A stretch of 63,722 nucleotides of DNA, counting the filler, from Pirum gemmata (lineage: Eukaryota): NCBI GenBank assembly GCA_002812295.1. It is 15 parts of 15 records of this genome, joined end to end, with 100 filler letters (N's around TTAATTAATTAA, not from the genome) between each part and the next. Parts side by side here need not be neighbours in the genome. Positions count along the whole stretch, not along the records: positions 12,508 to 17,335 come from PDIN01001569.1; positions 17,436 to 21,458 come from PDIN01001570.1; positions 21,559 to 25,623 come from PDIN01001571.1; 12 more parts are not named here. One strand, 5' to 3'. The notes beneath the pieces are model-generated. The model was not told the DNA's origin, made no database searches, and saw only the letters and a program-made list of their open reading frames with translations. Each line of letters starts with the position of its first letter. Within the stretch, counting starts at the first letter, position 1. Below are positions 12,755 through 25,556 of the stretch, piece by piece. The translations under genes and the position numbers were made by a program.

Positions 12755-12924
12755 CCGTGCTTTTCAGTTATTTTGTCGTCATAAAATAAAAATAAAGGAT
12801 ACCAAATTAATACAATATAAATCCATTTCATTTAATTTGGTATATTTTATTATATATTTATTTATTTAAAAGTATCAATTTAAATATTATAAACAACCAA
12901 ATAAATATTNAATGAAAAGCACAT
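12755..12924 (+). mobile_element. MITE family A copy (TIR YNGTGCTTTTCA...TGAAAAGCACNR, TA flanks; Tc1/mariner-type)
   Basis: About 11 copies or fragments: ~9600-9745, 12755-12924, 12952-13135, 19530-19687, 19773-19937, 38915-39016, 43506-43690, 48984-49153, 49929-50002, 60718-60820, 60989-61180. Confidence 0.85.
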
Positions 12925-12951
12925 ACTACTAGTCGCTACTATGATGAAGTA

Positions 12952-13135
12952 TCGTGCCTTTCATTTATTTTGTCACTCTGAATATTTATTTGGAGGGTTA
13001 TAATCTTTAAATTGACATTTTTAAATCAATACAGAGATAATAAAATATATCAAATTAAATTAAATGGATTAATATTATATTAATTTGGTACTATTTATTG
13101 TTTATTTCATGTGACAACCACAACTGAAAACACTA
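12952..13135 (-). mobile_element. MITE family A copy, inverted relative to 12755-12924
   Basis: TA|TCGTGCCTTTCA ... TGAAAACACTA|TA. Confidence 0.85.
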
Positions 13136-13339
13136 TATATAAATGCATCTACGTGTATTATTTTACTAACTAGGTCAGTCTACTACCAACTGATACTACT
13201 ACTACTACTATCTGATACTACTACTACTACTACTACTACTACAAGACTACTACTACTACTACTACTACTAAGCTACTACTACTACTATTACCATTACTAC
13301 TACTACTACTACTACTACTAGTACTAATACTTTTTACTA

Positions 13340-13428
13340 CTACCCTAACCCTTGCCCTAACCCTAACCCTAACCCTTGCCCTAACCCTAACCCTAACCCT
13401 AACCCTAACCCTAACCCTAACCCTAACT
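13340..13428. repeat. Interstitial telomere-like (CCCTAA)n
   Basis: Directly visible; similar arrays at ~14236-14288, 24990-25146, 26465-26590, 27885-28023, 46480-46540, 46760-46830 and 54603-54631, and (TTTAGG)n at 60274-60326. Confidence 0.9.
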
Positions 13429-14504
13429 CNTATTATTATTATATGAAATTTAATTAGTAATGAAATAAATCCTATTAATACCAACCTATTTTGTAGTATT
13501 ATAATACTTGGACAAAATATCAACCCCCACTGAAAGCACTGATCCGAAAAAACAAACCTACCTTTTTATATATTGATTCAATATTTAAAATAATTTATTG
13601 AAGAAATTTCATTTGTCAGGGAGTTATGGGAAAACATAATCGAATCAAACAGCTTGATCCTAATTATTAAATAATGACAATTTTGAAATGATAACCTTTT
13701 TTTTCGAGTTTCAAGTTTTTTCTATGAAATTTCTAAGAATTTTTAAGGATTTTTTAATGAAATCACAAGTGAGTCAATACTTAAAATAAGATCGAAAAAG
13801 TTAGAAAGATTCGAATTTGTCTCGATTCGATGGTTTTTCCCACATCTTCCAGTTAAAACGCCCACTTAAATTTATTAAATTTTAAGTACCCACCTGCAAT
13901 AGTTAAACAAAAATGAAAAATTAATGTTTTTATATATACTTTTTATTGGTTCAATATTTAAATTAATTTATTGAAGAAGTTTCATTTGTCAGCTAAAATT
14001 TTAACATCTACTATTTTTTTTTTTTTTTTTGCTAACGAGCATGACGTCACCACAATAAAAAATATTTTTATTTGTATGATAAGAGACAATGTGTATGACA
14101 TCACCCTAATAAATATCACTATTAAAAATATCTCATTGCCCCCCTCACCTCTACCGATAAAATTTCTAGGATAAAATTTTATTATAGTGACGTCATATTA
14201 TTAGCCTCTTACTTTAGACCTTTTGGGAGCTTGATAGGGTTAGGGTTAGGGCTTTAGGGTTAGGGTTAGGGTTAGGGGTTAGGGTTAGATTTGGGAAAAA
14301 CTAACAACAAAATTATTTCTATCGATATCACTTTTATTAATTAAAATTAGTATTATTATTTTGCGTAGTTAAATTACTGTCAGAATTTTTAAAGTTACAA
14401 ACCAAAAAACGACAAAGAGTGTATTATATTATATTTTAAATATTTGTTTATCGTTATTATCATAATTAATATTTTTCATAATTTGTTGTTGTTGCTATCA
14501 TTAT

Positions 14505-14693
14505 TCAATCTAGCTCATTGTCGTAATTTGATAGTAAACTTAAAGTTTTTTGCAATTTGTCAAAGCTACTTCTTCTTAGACAGTTTGGGCAGGTGTGAAC
14601 CAGAGTTCTCCCTTCTTCTTTTGACCTTGGCGGGGTGCCACGAAGGGAGCGGTGATGGTAATGTATTTCTGGGACTATGGTGTAAACTGGCAT
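14505..14693 (-). CDS. Candidate 62-aa small protein
   Basis: GC-richer, non-repetitive island with a true ATG (AACATCATG), a CxxC motif and RRSS; flanked by AT-rich UTR-like DNA. Confidence 0.35.
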   Translation of the reverse strand: MPVYTIVPEIHYHHRSLRGTPPRSKEEGRTLVHTCPNCLRRSSFDKLQKTLSLLSNYDNELD

Positions 14694-15154
14694 GATGTTA
14701 TTGTTTGTTGTATGTATGTATGTGTAATATTATATATCGTCGATTTCCCTCAAGCTTTTGTCCACTCAAAAATTAATCTGCTGTTTTAAAACTGATAATT
14801 AGGTAACTTTTATAATTAATTAAGTGACCTTTATTTGAGTAAAAAATAACAATTACATCAAAATTAAATAAAATTGTAGTCCTTTGACTAATAAATTGGT
14901 GGGAAATTTGTTATTTTTCGAAAGGAAGTATTTATTTTGTAAATTAATTATCAATTGTTTTTTATTATTATTATCATTATTATTAATTTTTATTTTATTT
15001 TATTATATATATTTTTAATTGTTATTATTATTATATTATTTTTATTTAGTCACTGTATAATTTATTTTTCTTGAAAATTCTTGAAAAAAACGAGGAGAAA
15101 GGCCTTTATATAATAATATTATTATATTATCATTTTTTAATTTTTTTTTTATTT

Positions 15155-15185
<31 letters not shown>

Positions 15186-15691
15186 TTTTTTGGAGTCAAA
15201 ATTTGGACCTCTAGCTAGGGATTTTGTTCTTTTTGAATTTTTTTTTTTAATTTTCCCAAAATTAATATGATAGCTATGAGCCTATGAGAGTATAGCAGGT
15301 ATTCGGCTAAGCAAGGCCCTAGCTAGCTAGTGTAGGCCTGGCCTACTAGCTAGCTAGCTAGCTATCCTTGGCAGGGTTAGAGGGTTAATAGGGTTAGGGT
15401 GAGGGTAGAGGATGAGGGTGAAGGCAGGGGTGAAGGTGAGGGTTGGCTATCCGATCGGTACCATCATATAACTAACTGTTAATATATTTGCATGTTTTTT
15501 ATTTTTCGAACGAAGGAAATTAAAATATTTTTTTACCTTTTTTTTCATTTAAAATTAAAAGCAAAATTCTACTCATTATTGAGAAAGTGGTGTGTAATAG
15601 TTCTAGACCTATTATCCTCTAAAATTAAATGTGGTTGATGCAACTTGATGGTAATGACGGTGGTGATGGTGATGGTGATGGTGATGGTGTA

Positions 15692-15779
<88 letters not shown>

Positions 15780-16130
15780 TTGTTATTGTTGTTTTTGTTG
15801 TTTTTGTTGTTGTTGTTAAATGTTGTTTTTGTTTATTGTTATTGTTATTGTTATTGTTATTGTTATTGTTATTGTTAGTGCTATTGGTATTAATATTGTT
15901 ATTGTTATTGTTATTGTTAATAATGTTAACGTTAATAACGTTGTTATTGTTGTTGATGTTGTATAGTTACTGTTATTATTTTACTATTGTGATTACTATT
16001 ATTAGATGATGGTGATGGTGATGGTGGTGATAATGCGGTGATGTTGGTGATGGTATACATAGTAGTGGTCAATGATAATGTGAAGTTTGAGATGGTGGTG
16101 ATGATGTGTTGATAGTTTTAAACTATGTCT

Positions 16131-16200
16131 AAATTTACTTTTTGTGGCCATAGTTTGGCTTTTGTGGGTGAGTAACCCTCTAGCCACAAAATGTAAATAC
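16131..16200. mobile_element. Short foldback repeat family G
   Basis: ATTTACTTTTTGTGGC...GCCACAAAATGTAAAT; second copy at ~62615-62686 with the same internal TTTGGCTTTTGTGGG. Confidence 0.55.
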
Positions 16201-17151
16201 TTATAGAATGCGTGATAATGATGCTATGAAGATAATTCAATAACAAAGTTTGCTTGTTTTTTTTAAGCTCTAGATTAGCTTCTAACTTTTATTATTGTTA
16301 TTGTTTTTTTTTTTTTCACACTTTAATTATTTTAATGACCATTATTTTAATTTAGTACTAGACATTTTAATTGGTATTTCATNAAAAAAAAAAAAAAAAA
16401 AAAAACTCAAAAAAATGGAAGTCTTTTTTTCATTGGCCTAAACTCTGCTCTCATTGTCCCCAATCCTTCAAGACAAGAGGCCAGCCACACTTTCACAGTT
16501 TCAAATTCAAGAGCAGTAGGCCTCTCGTGGTTATGTAACTTTTAGGTTGCGAACAATAATTTTTTCGATTTCACTACTAGAATTTTCAGTTTTCAAACAT
16601 AAGTAATGTAATGGGTTTTTTATAGGTTTGAAATTTCAAACATATATATAAAAAAGGGTGGGACTTTTTTAAAAAAAATTAGTATAAAAAGTGGGACGTT
16701 TTTTGACTGATTGTTTGATACGCGTAACTTCTCCGAATGGCCTTTTTCGAGAAATGACAAAATGGTGTTTTTCCTCTCTAACTCGATCAAAATTTAATTT
16801 TTTGAATATAAACTCTAAATCTTCGAACCTATGTATTTATTAATAAACTTCGAAATAATTAATTTCGAACATACAAACAGACCAGAAATTCTGCTCGGCA
16901 GAAATCGAGCTTTTCGGGGTAGAAGGCAGAAGCAGAAAGTCGAGTTTTAGGGGCAGAATTCGGATAAGTCTAACACATAGTGGGTGTCACCATGTGTCAT
17001 CCCTCCGATTATTAGCCTTAGCCACCACAAGTGAATAATACCATCGGGCTCCGTCTCCATAGGGTTGGAGACTAAGACTGACTCAGATGATAGTCTAAAA
17101 TTCTATATTAGCACAGCTTAGCACAGAAATATTCACAAAACTACTTTGATT

Positions 17152-17174
17152 CAAGGAGTTCAAAAAACTCCTTG
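17152..17174. mobile_element. 23-bp CAAGG...CCTTG micro-element with 7-bp TSD TTTGATT
   Basis: TTTGATT|CAAGGAGTTCAAAAAACTCCTTG|TTTGATT. Confidence 0.75.
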
Positions 17175-17270
17175 TTTGATTCGAAGTCGATTTCAATAAA
17201 AAATGTGGAAACCTAACAATGATGTTAGAACAATGATGTGTACATTGTGTAGTATGGTTGTGGGTAGAGT

Positions 17271-17313
17271 CAACAAGGAGTTGAACACTAGCTAGTAGTA
17301 GTTGAACTCCTTG
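17271..17313. mobile_element. CAAGG...CCTTG micro-element with 7-bp TSD GTAGAGT
   Basis: GTAGAGT|CAACAAGGAGTTGAAC...GTTGAACTCCTTG|GTAGAGT. Confidence 0.7.
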
Positions 17314-18171
17314 GTAGAGTGGGTATACTTATGATNNNNNNNNNNNNNNNNNNNNNNNNNNNNNNNNNNNNNNNNNNNNTTAATTAATTAANNNNNNNNN
17401 NNNNNNNNNNNNNNNNNNNNNNNNNNNNNNNNNNNGTTGTTCTTGTTCTTGTTCTTAGTCGAAAATTCTTGTTTTTGTTCTTGTTCTTGTTTTTGTTGTT
17501 CTTGTTCTTGTTCTTGTTCTTGTTGTTCTTGTTCTTGTTCTTGTTCTTGTTCTTGTTCTTGCTGTACACATGTTCTTGTTCTTGTTCTTGTTTTTGTTCT
17601 TGTTCTTGTTGTTCTTGTTCTTGTTGTACACACGTTCTTGTTCTTGTTGTTCTTGTTCTTGTCGGATGGTGGGGAGTCTGTGCTGTTTATGATGATGTCA
17701 ATTATGAATGTTCCCTTAGTACAAATAGAAATCCATTTTATACATATCGATAATAGTATTATTATCATATTTAATTCGGTGCCGCGGGCCGGTATGTTTC
17801 ATTATCTATTATTTTAATACTTATTTTTAAAAGAGTTAATTTCTAACTTTTAAATAGAAACTACGGGTATAATACCAAACTAATAATTAATAATCAGAGC
17901 CACCAAATAAAAGTACCAATACAATAATAACAACAATGTGCTACAGTAATATAATAACATTATTATTATAATATTATAATAAGAATAATTAATAATTAAT
18001 AATTAACAATAAGAATAATAATAAGAATATTAATATAATTAATAATACCAAAAACTCTTGCAATTGTTAATTTATTTATAACAATTAAAATATTAATATT
18101 ATTATTATTAATATTCATTATAAATATATTTTTTATTTTATTAATTAATTATAATATATATAGTATATATA

Positions 18172-18984
18172 TTAAGATTCCCATACAATTTGTTCATGTG
18201 GTTCTTTTATTACACAATGAGGTTTCGGACCGTGTTTTTTCCAATATTTTTCATTTAACTTCATAGCATATTTTGATTTCAATTCTTCACTAACCCCTTC
18301 CCATTTACTAATATCATCCATTTTGGTTAAAGTTGGAGCCGCACTACAATAAGGTCGAGAACCGGGTTTAGCCAGGTATTGTTGATGATAATCTTCAGCA
18401 TAATAAAACACTGGTGCTGGTTTTACAATTTCAGTCGTTATTTTGCGCCCAAGAGCTTTTTCATAAGTTTTCAAAGCAGCTTCAGCTACTTGCTTTTCTT
18501 CCTCTGTTTCTAAATAAATCCCAGAACGATATTGTGTACCGCGATCATTACCTTGTCCATTGCCTTGGGTTGGGTCGTGAGATTGAAAGAAATTGGATAG
18601 TAAATCAGCAAAACTGATTTTATTTTCATCATAAACTACTAATACAGCTTCGGCATGGTTGGTTTTACCCGTGCAAATCTGGTTATAAGTAGGGTTCTTG
18701 AATTCTTCTTTCCCGTTAGTATACCCCACTGCTGTCGAATAAACACCAGGTAAACGCCAAAATGATTTTTCAGAACCCCAAAAACATCCCGTTGCAAATA
18801 CTGCTTGTTTTAAGTTGGGATTGTCGTATGGACCTTGGTAGGGTGTTTTCAAAATAAAATGCTTAGGTCTAGATTCATCATTTTCAACTTTAACTTCAGT
18901 TTTAACGATGTTACTGTCCACGTTGTTCTTTTTATTGTCAGAGGATAAAGACATTTTTCTCATTAATTCGCTGATTATAGTCAT
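18172..18984 (-). CDS. msrA: Peptide methionine-S-sulfoxide reductase A
   Basis: Catalytic GCFWG, NPTYNQICTG...HAEAV, HDPTQ..GQGNDRGTQYRSGIY, FYYAEDYHQQYL; intronless. Confidence 0.97.
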   Translation of the reverse strand: MTIISELMRKMSLSSDNKKNNVDSNIVKTEVKVENDESRPKHFILKTPYQGPYDNPNLKQAVFATGCFWGSEKSFWRLPGVYSTAVGYTNGKEEFKNPTYNQICTGKTNHAEAVLVVYDENKISFADLLSNFFQSHDPTQGNGQGNDRGTQYRSGIYLETEEEKQVAEAALKTYEKALGRKITTEIVKPAPVFYYAEDYHQQYLAKPGSRPYCSAAPTLTKMDDISKWEGVSEELKSKYAMKLNEKYWKKHGPKPHCVIKEPHEQIVWES

Positions 18985-21978
18985 AATTGATATTATCTAT
19001 CTATCTATTATATAAATAAGAATGCCAGTTGTCTTAAAAAGCGTTTATATATATAATATTATATTATTTATTGTTATATTTTTTATTATGATATTTTTTA
19101 TTGTTGATTATAATTAATTTTTTATTTCTATTTTTTTTTTTATTTTTTTTTTAATTAATTATTTTTATTTAGGGTAACGAAAGTATTTTTATATACCTTT
19201 TTCTGCATACCTTTTTTTTTGAGTGATTTACAAGTTTCCAACAATAAAAAGAGTTTTTTAATACCGAGTTTTTTTTTGTTAGACTAATCCAGCTAAGACT
19301 AATCCAGTTCAAAAACTGAAATAAGCGCACCAAATTATCATTATGGTTAAACTATCAGGCATGTTTTAACTAATTTGGTATTTTATACTTAATGTTTTAA
19401 TTTGTAAACAAGCTCAATTATACACTTAAACAGTACCAAATTAAAGATTGAAGTTTTTTCTATCTGTGTTTTTTAGACACTCTGTACATATTATTAAAAA
19501 ATAACGTTTTTCTGATATTAGTCTAGTCATCGTGCTTTTCAGTTCTTTTGTCATCATAATTAAATAGTTCCAAATTAATAAAATATAAATCCATTTAATT
19601 TAATTTGGTATATTTTATTATTTATGTATTGATTTAAAAATGTCAATTTAAAGATTATAACCCTCCAAATAAATATTCGGAGTGATATATGCTTTTAGTC
19701 TAATATACAATATATACATTCAAATACAGAACAGTATAATTATTGAATATAATATTATTACATATATATTATGTTTTTCATTTATATCACACCGAATATT
19801 TATTTGGTTGGTTATAATATTTAAATTGACATTCTTTTAAATGAATAAATAGATAAAAAAATATTTGGATTTATATTGTATTAATCTGGCACTCTTTGCT
19901 ATATGTTTTATGACGACAAAATAACTGAAAAGCACGCGCTGTATATATTCCAGGCTAGAATTATAATTAGTATATACAATTTGTAAATTTAATTTCATCC
20001 GCTAATTTTTAATTATTATAAATAAATTGTAATTATTGTTAATTAATGTATGTTTATACTATAATTATTATAAAATTATTAATACGTAACACCCGATCAC
20101 TTCGAATTTTTTTTTTAAAATAATTTTTATTATTAAAAAAGTAGTTTTAAATTTATAATAATTATACGTACTAATACTAATTATTATTCTAGATCTACAA
20201 TAATTAAATACCAACAACAACATAATAATATCATCACCATCACCATCACCACCACCACCATCACCACCATCACCATCACCATCACCATCACCATCACCAT
20301 CACCATCACCATCACCATCACCATCAAACCATCACCACAGCACCACTAGACAAACTACTAGTAGCGGTGCCAACCAGAGGCTGCCAGACCCTTTTGACCT
20401 TGTCAGAGAGACCCCCCCCCCCCCCCCCCCCCCCCCCGCTCCCCCCCATGTCACTTAGTCTATTCCTAACCAATCCATAACTTTTAAATAAATTTAAAAT
20501 TAACCAATGTCGAAAAAGATAAATTGTACAAAATTCTAAATAAATTCCTTTTTTCGGCCTTTTTCGGTCTGTTTTTAGTCTTTTTTAGCTCTTCAATAGC
20601 TTTTTTTTTAAAGTTCTTCAGCCATATTTCTAAGTTCTTCAGCAACCAATACCCAAACTGCTTGCATTTTGAATTTCGCACAGGAATTTCGCACTAGTCA
20701 CTAAATATTTATATATTGGCTAGTTGTTGATAGCTAATTACTAACCAATCAAAATGCAATAAAATTTAGACTAGATTATGTATGAAAAAACTCGAATTGG
20801 ATCGAACATTTTACACTTCGAACATTTCGATAAGGAAAACCTAGATAGATATAATAGTAATTAAATAAATAAATGCGAGGAGAGTCGCAAGACCGGATCG
20901 AGTTAGTCCTCCTATCGAGTCGATCTGTGTTCGTTCAAACAGCTGTTCAAACTTCAAGCTTTTTGAAGATTTTTTCTAAGGTTTTTTTCAGGGATTTTTT
21001 TGATATGAGGCATATGATACCAAAATGTACAAAGCAGCTATAATCAACCAACTTTATAAAATGGGTAAGTTGGGGTAAAATAAAATAAATAATTCTTATT
21101 TCTCACCTTACTATTATCAGTTATTTTAACCAATTGACTATCATGCTGGTATTTTTGTATAGATTGTATCGTGCTCGTGCTCGTGTGGGGTGGAACTGTG
21201 GAATAGAGTGCAAAAATAATAATGACTGTTTTCGATTCAAAAATTATAACAAGCTTATTTAATAATTTGATTCGATATTTTCGATATTTGGTAAATTTTG
21301 GGCAGTTTCAAAAAAGATGGCCGTTTATAGTCTATTATCGCTTTTCACTCGCTTTTCACACCCTTTTTTTTTTTTTTTTTCAAATTGCTGACATTATTGT
21401 GTTGTCCAGTTCAAAAACTGAAATAATCATACCAAATTATTATTATGGTTAAACTATCNNNNNNNNNNNNNNNNNNNNNNNNNNNNNNNNNNNNNNNNNN
21501 NNTTAATTAATTAANNNNNNNNNNNNNNNNNNNNNNNNNNNNNNNNNNNNNNNNNNNNCTTATTTACTTATTGTTGTTTAGTTGGTTATATTATTGGTAG
21601 TAATATTAGCAGCAGTAATAGTGGTATTGGTAGTAGTAGTGATAGTAGTAGTTGGTGAGGGTAGTAGAGATAGTAGAGATAGTAGTAGTATTAGTGAGAT
21701 TTAATATATTATATTCTATATATATATATACAAGCCCACCCATCCACCCACCCACCCATCCAGTAGTAATACTAGTGAGATTCAATATATCATATTATAT
21801 ATATATGGAACCAAATGTGGGTCTTTACCCCCCCCACCACACACACACACACACACACACGCACACATATATATATGATAAATACGATATTAATATCAGA
21901 ATACTGGGTCGTTTTTTTTTGCAATACATTTACTTTATTTTTTAATTAAAAAAACTTACATGCTATCAAAATCATCAG

Positions 21979-24900
21979 CTTGTCAAAAAAATGCTATCGC
22001 CATAGAAGCCAACTGCTTAAACAGTGCTTCAGTTTATAGTTGCCAAGGGGTGAACGGGTTGGATAATATAACATGTACTATAGCAATGGAAGGATGGTTT
22101 TTGAACTCATCGAATTATACTATAAGTAAGTATTGTATAAATTAAAGTAAACTAATAACAATAATTAGAATAAAGGTGAATAACGATATATTTTTATTGA
22201 CGATATTAATAATTTATACTCATCTAATCATATTATAAGTAAGTATTAAATAAAGTAAAGTAAACTAATAACGATGAATGATTGATGATGAAGATTACAA
22301 TAAAGATTAATAACGATATAATTTTATTGATGATATTAATAATAACCTGCTAATGTAATAATGCAAAAGAATTCAAAACATAGGTATTAGTATTGAAATA
22401 GAATACTAATTATAATAATATTTTTTATAAAAGCATGTCAAACTAGTGAAATAGCTTCTACTGGACATTGTGATGGAGAAGATAGCATAAGCACGTGCTC
22501 AGGTGATAATGGATTGGAGGATATAACTTGTGCACGAGCTGCAGTAGGATATCATTTGGATTCGACTAACCACTCTCAATCATGCAATACCGATATAATT
22601 AGCAATTATGGTAACTGTGAAAACGCTGTTTCCGTAACTGGTTGTGCGTCAAGTAATGGTTTGGAAAATGTCACGTGTAGTGCAGTTACGTCAGGGTACT
22701 ATTTGGGGGTAGATAACGTTGCTAATAGCTGTAAAACTGATTTAATTATGGCCTTTGGGCATTGTGCATCTAGTTCTACCGTTTACGCGTGTTCTTCAGA
22801 AACTGGGTTGGAAAATGTTACATGCACTGAAGCTGCTTCTGGGTATTATTTGGGGATTGATAATGTTGCAAAAAGTAAGTTAAAAGTATATATATATATA
22901 TATATATAATATTTTATAAACTTCTTAAAATAATTGTTGTACGTTTTTAATAGCAAGTCATACTAGGGAAATGGTACGTCGCCATGGTGTTGTGATATTG
23001 TTGTACATGAATAACTTCTCATTTTTGACATTTTTTTAAATAAACGCTTTCCTAAAAACGTATAATAGCATGTAAAACTAGTGCAATAGCTTCTACTGGG
23101 CATTGTGATGGGGAAGATAGTACAAGCACGTGCTCAGGTGACAATGGACTGGAGGATATAACTTGCGCACAAGCTGCAGTAGGATATCATTTGGATTCGA
23201 CTAACCACTCGCAATCATGTAATACCGACGCAGTTAGCAATTATGGTAACTGTGAAAACGCTGCTTCAGTAACTGGTTGTGCGTCAAGTAATGGTTTGGA
23301 AAATGTCACATGCAGTGCAGTTACATTAGGGTACTACTTGGGGGTTGATAACATTGCCAGTAGTTGTAAAACTGATTTAATCATGGCCTTTGGGCATTGT
23401 GCATCTAGTTCTTCCGTTTATACATGTGCTTCAGAAACTGGGTTAGAAAATGTTACATGCACTGAAGCTGCCTCTGGGTACTATTTGAGAATTGATAATA
23501 TTACAAAAAGTAAGTTTGAAGTTTGAAGTATGCTTTGTGTTATTTTTTTTTTGTTGTTAGTGATGTTGCTGCTATACGAATAGTTTATTATTTTCTGACT
23601 CTTTTATTTATTTTATTTATTATTTTATTTATTTTATTTATTTTATATTTCAAAAATTATTGTACGTTTATAATAGCATGTCAAACTAGTTCAATAGCTT
23701 TAACTGGTCATTGCGATGGAGAAGATATTGTGAACACATGCGCAGGTAATAATGGACTTGAGAATATAACTTGTGCACGAGCAGCAGTAGGATATTATTT
23801 GGATTCAACTAATCACTCTCAATCATGTAGTACCGATGCAATTAGCAATTATGGTAACTGTGAAAATGCTGTTTCAGTAAGTAGTTGTGCGTCAACTAAT
23901 GGTTTGGAGAATGTCACGTGTAGTTCAGTTACGTTAGGGTATTATTTGAGGGTTGATAAAGTTGCCAGCAGTTGTAAAACTGATTTAATTATGGCATTTG
24001 GGCATTGTGCATCTAGTTCTGCCGTTTATACGTGTGGTTCTGAAAATGGGTTGGATAATGTTAAATGCATACAAGCTGCGTCTGGGTACTATTTGGGAGT
24101 TGATAATGTTGCAAAAAGTAAGTTTGGCCGGTAAGGGTTAGGGTTTAGGTTTTGTTGTTAGTGATATTGCTGCCATCATTTTTGACTCTATTTTAAAATT
24201 ATTTGTTAGGGAATAATTTTATTATTAATAATAAGATTAATAATAAACTACTAATATAATAATGAAAATAATGCAAAATACAGGTATTAGCAATGAAAAA
24301 GAACACTAATTGTAATAATATTAATGAAAATAATTCAGGTATTAGTAATGTAATAGAAATTAATCATAATAACATTTTTTATAACAGCATGTCAAACTAG
24401 TGAAATAGCGTTAACTGGGCATTGTGATGGAGAAGATGTTGTAAACACGTGCGCAGGTGATAACGGACTTGAGAATATAACTTGTGCACGAGCTGCAGTA
24501 GGATATCATTTGGATTCGACCAACCATTCTCAATCATGTAATACTGACGCAGTTAGCAATTCCGGTAATTGTGAAAGTGATCTTGCAGTAACTGGTTGTG
24601 CGTCAAGTAATGGTTTGGAAAATGTCACGTGTAGTGCAGTTACGTTAGGGTACTACTTGGGGGTTGGTAACGTTGCCTATAGTTGTAAAACTGACTTAAT
24701 AATGGTATTTGGGCATTGTGCTTCTAGTTCTACTGTTTATACATGTGCATCAGAAACTGGGTTGGAAAATGTCACATGCATTGTAGCTGCTCCTGGTTAC
24801 TATTTGGGGATTGATAATGTTGCAAAAAGTAAGTATCAAGTGTATTTGGTTTGTGGGCTTAGGTGTGTGGGTGGAAATTTTGGTGTCATTTTTTGTTTTA

Positions 24901-25492
24901 TGAAAGATTAAACCTAAACCTAAACCTACACCTAAACCTAAACTAAAACTAAAACTAAAACTAAAACTAAAACTAAAACTAAAACTAAACCTAACCCTAA
25001 CCTAACCCTAACCCTAACCCTAACCCTAACCCTAACCCTGACCCTGACCCTAACCCTAACCATAACCATAACCCTAAACCTAACCTTAACCCTAACCCTA
25101 ACCCTAACCCTAACCCTAATCATAACCCCTAACCATAACCCTAACCATCTTTATCACTTTACCATTCTTTGATTTTTTTTTTTGTACGTTTATAATAGCA
25201 TGTCAAACTAGTGAAATAGCATCCACTGGGCATTGTGATGGAGAAGATAACGTAAATACATGCTCAGGTAATAATGGACTTGAAAATATAACCTGTTCAC
25301 GAGCTATAGTAGGATATCATTTGGATTCGACTAACCACTCTCAATCATGTAATACCGACGCAGTTAGCAATTACGGTAATTGTGAAAGTGCTTTTTCAGT
25401 AACTGGTTGTGCGTCAAGTAATGGTTTGGAAAATATAACATGCAGTGCAGCCGATTTGGGTTACTATTTGGATGTGGATAATCTTGCCAAAA
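21979..25492 (+). CDS. Internal exons of a Cys-rich repetitive surface glycoprotein (49-aa, 4-Cys repeat)
   Basis: Exons 21979-22125 (147 nt), 22434-22874, 23069-23509, 23677-24117, 24388-24828 (441 nt each) and 25199-25492 (294 nt); all are AG|C...A|GTAAG phase-1/phase-1. Repeat pattern C..C..C..LENVTC...GYYL with N-glycosylation sequons. Gene ends lie beyond the flanking gaps. Confidence 0.9.
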
Positions 25493-25506
25493 GTAAGATC
25501 GAATTG

Positions 25507-25556
<50 letters not shown>

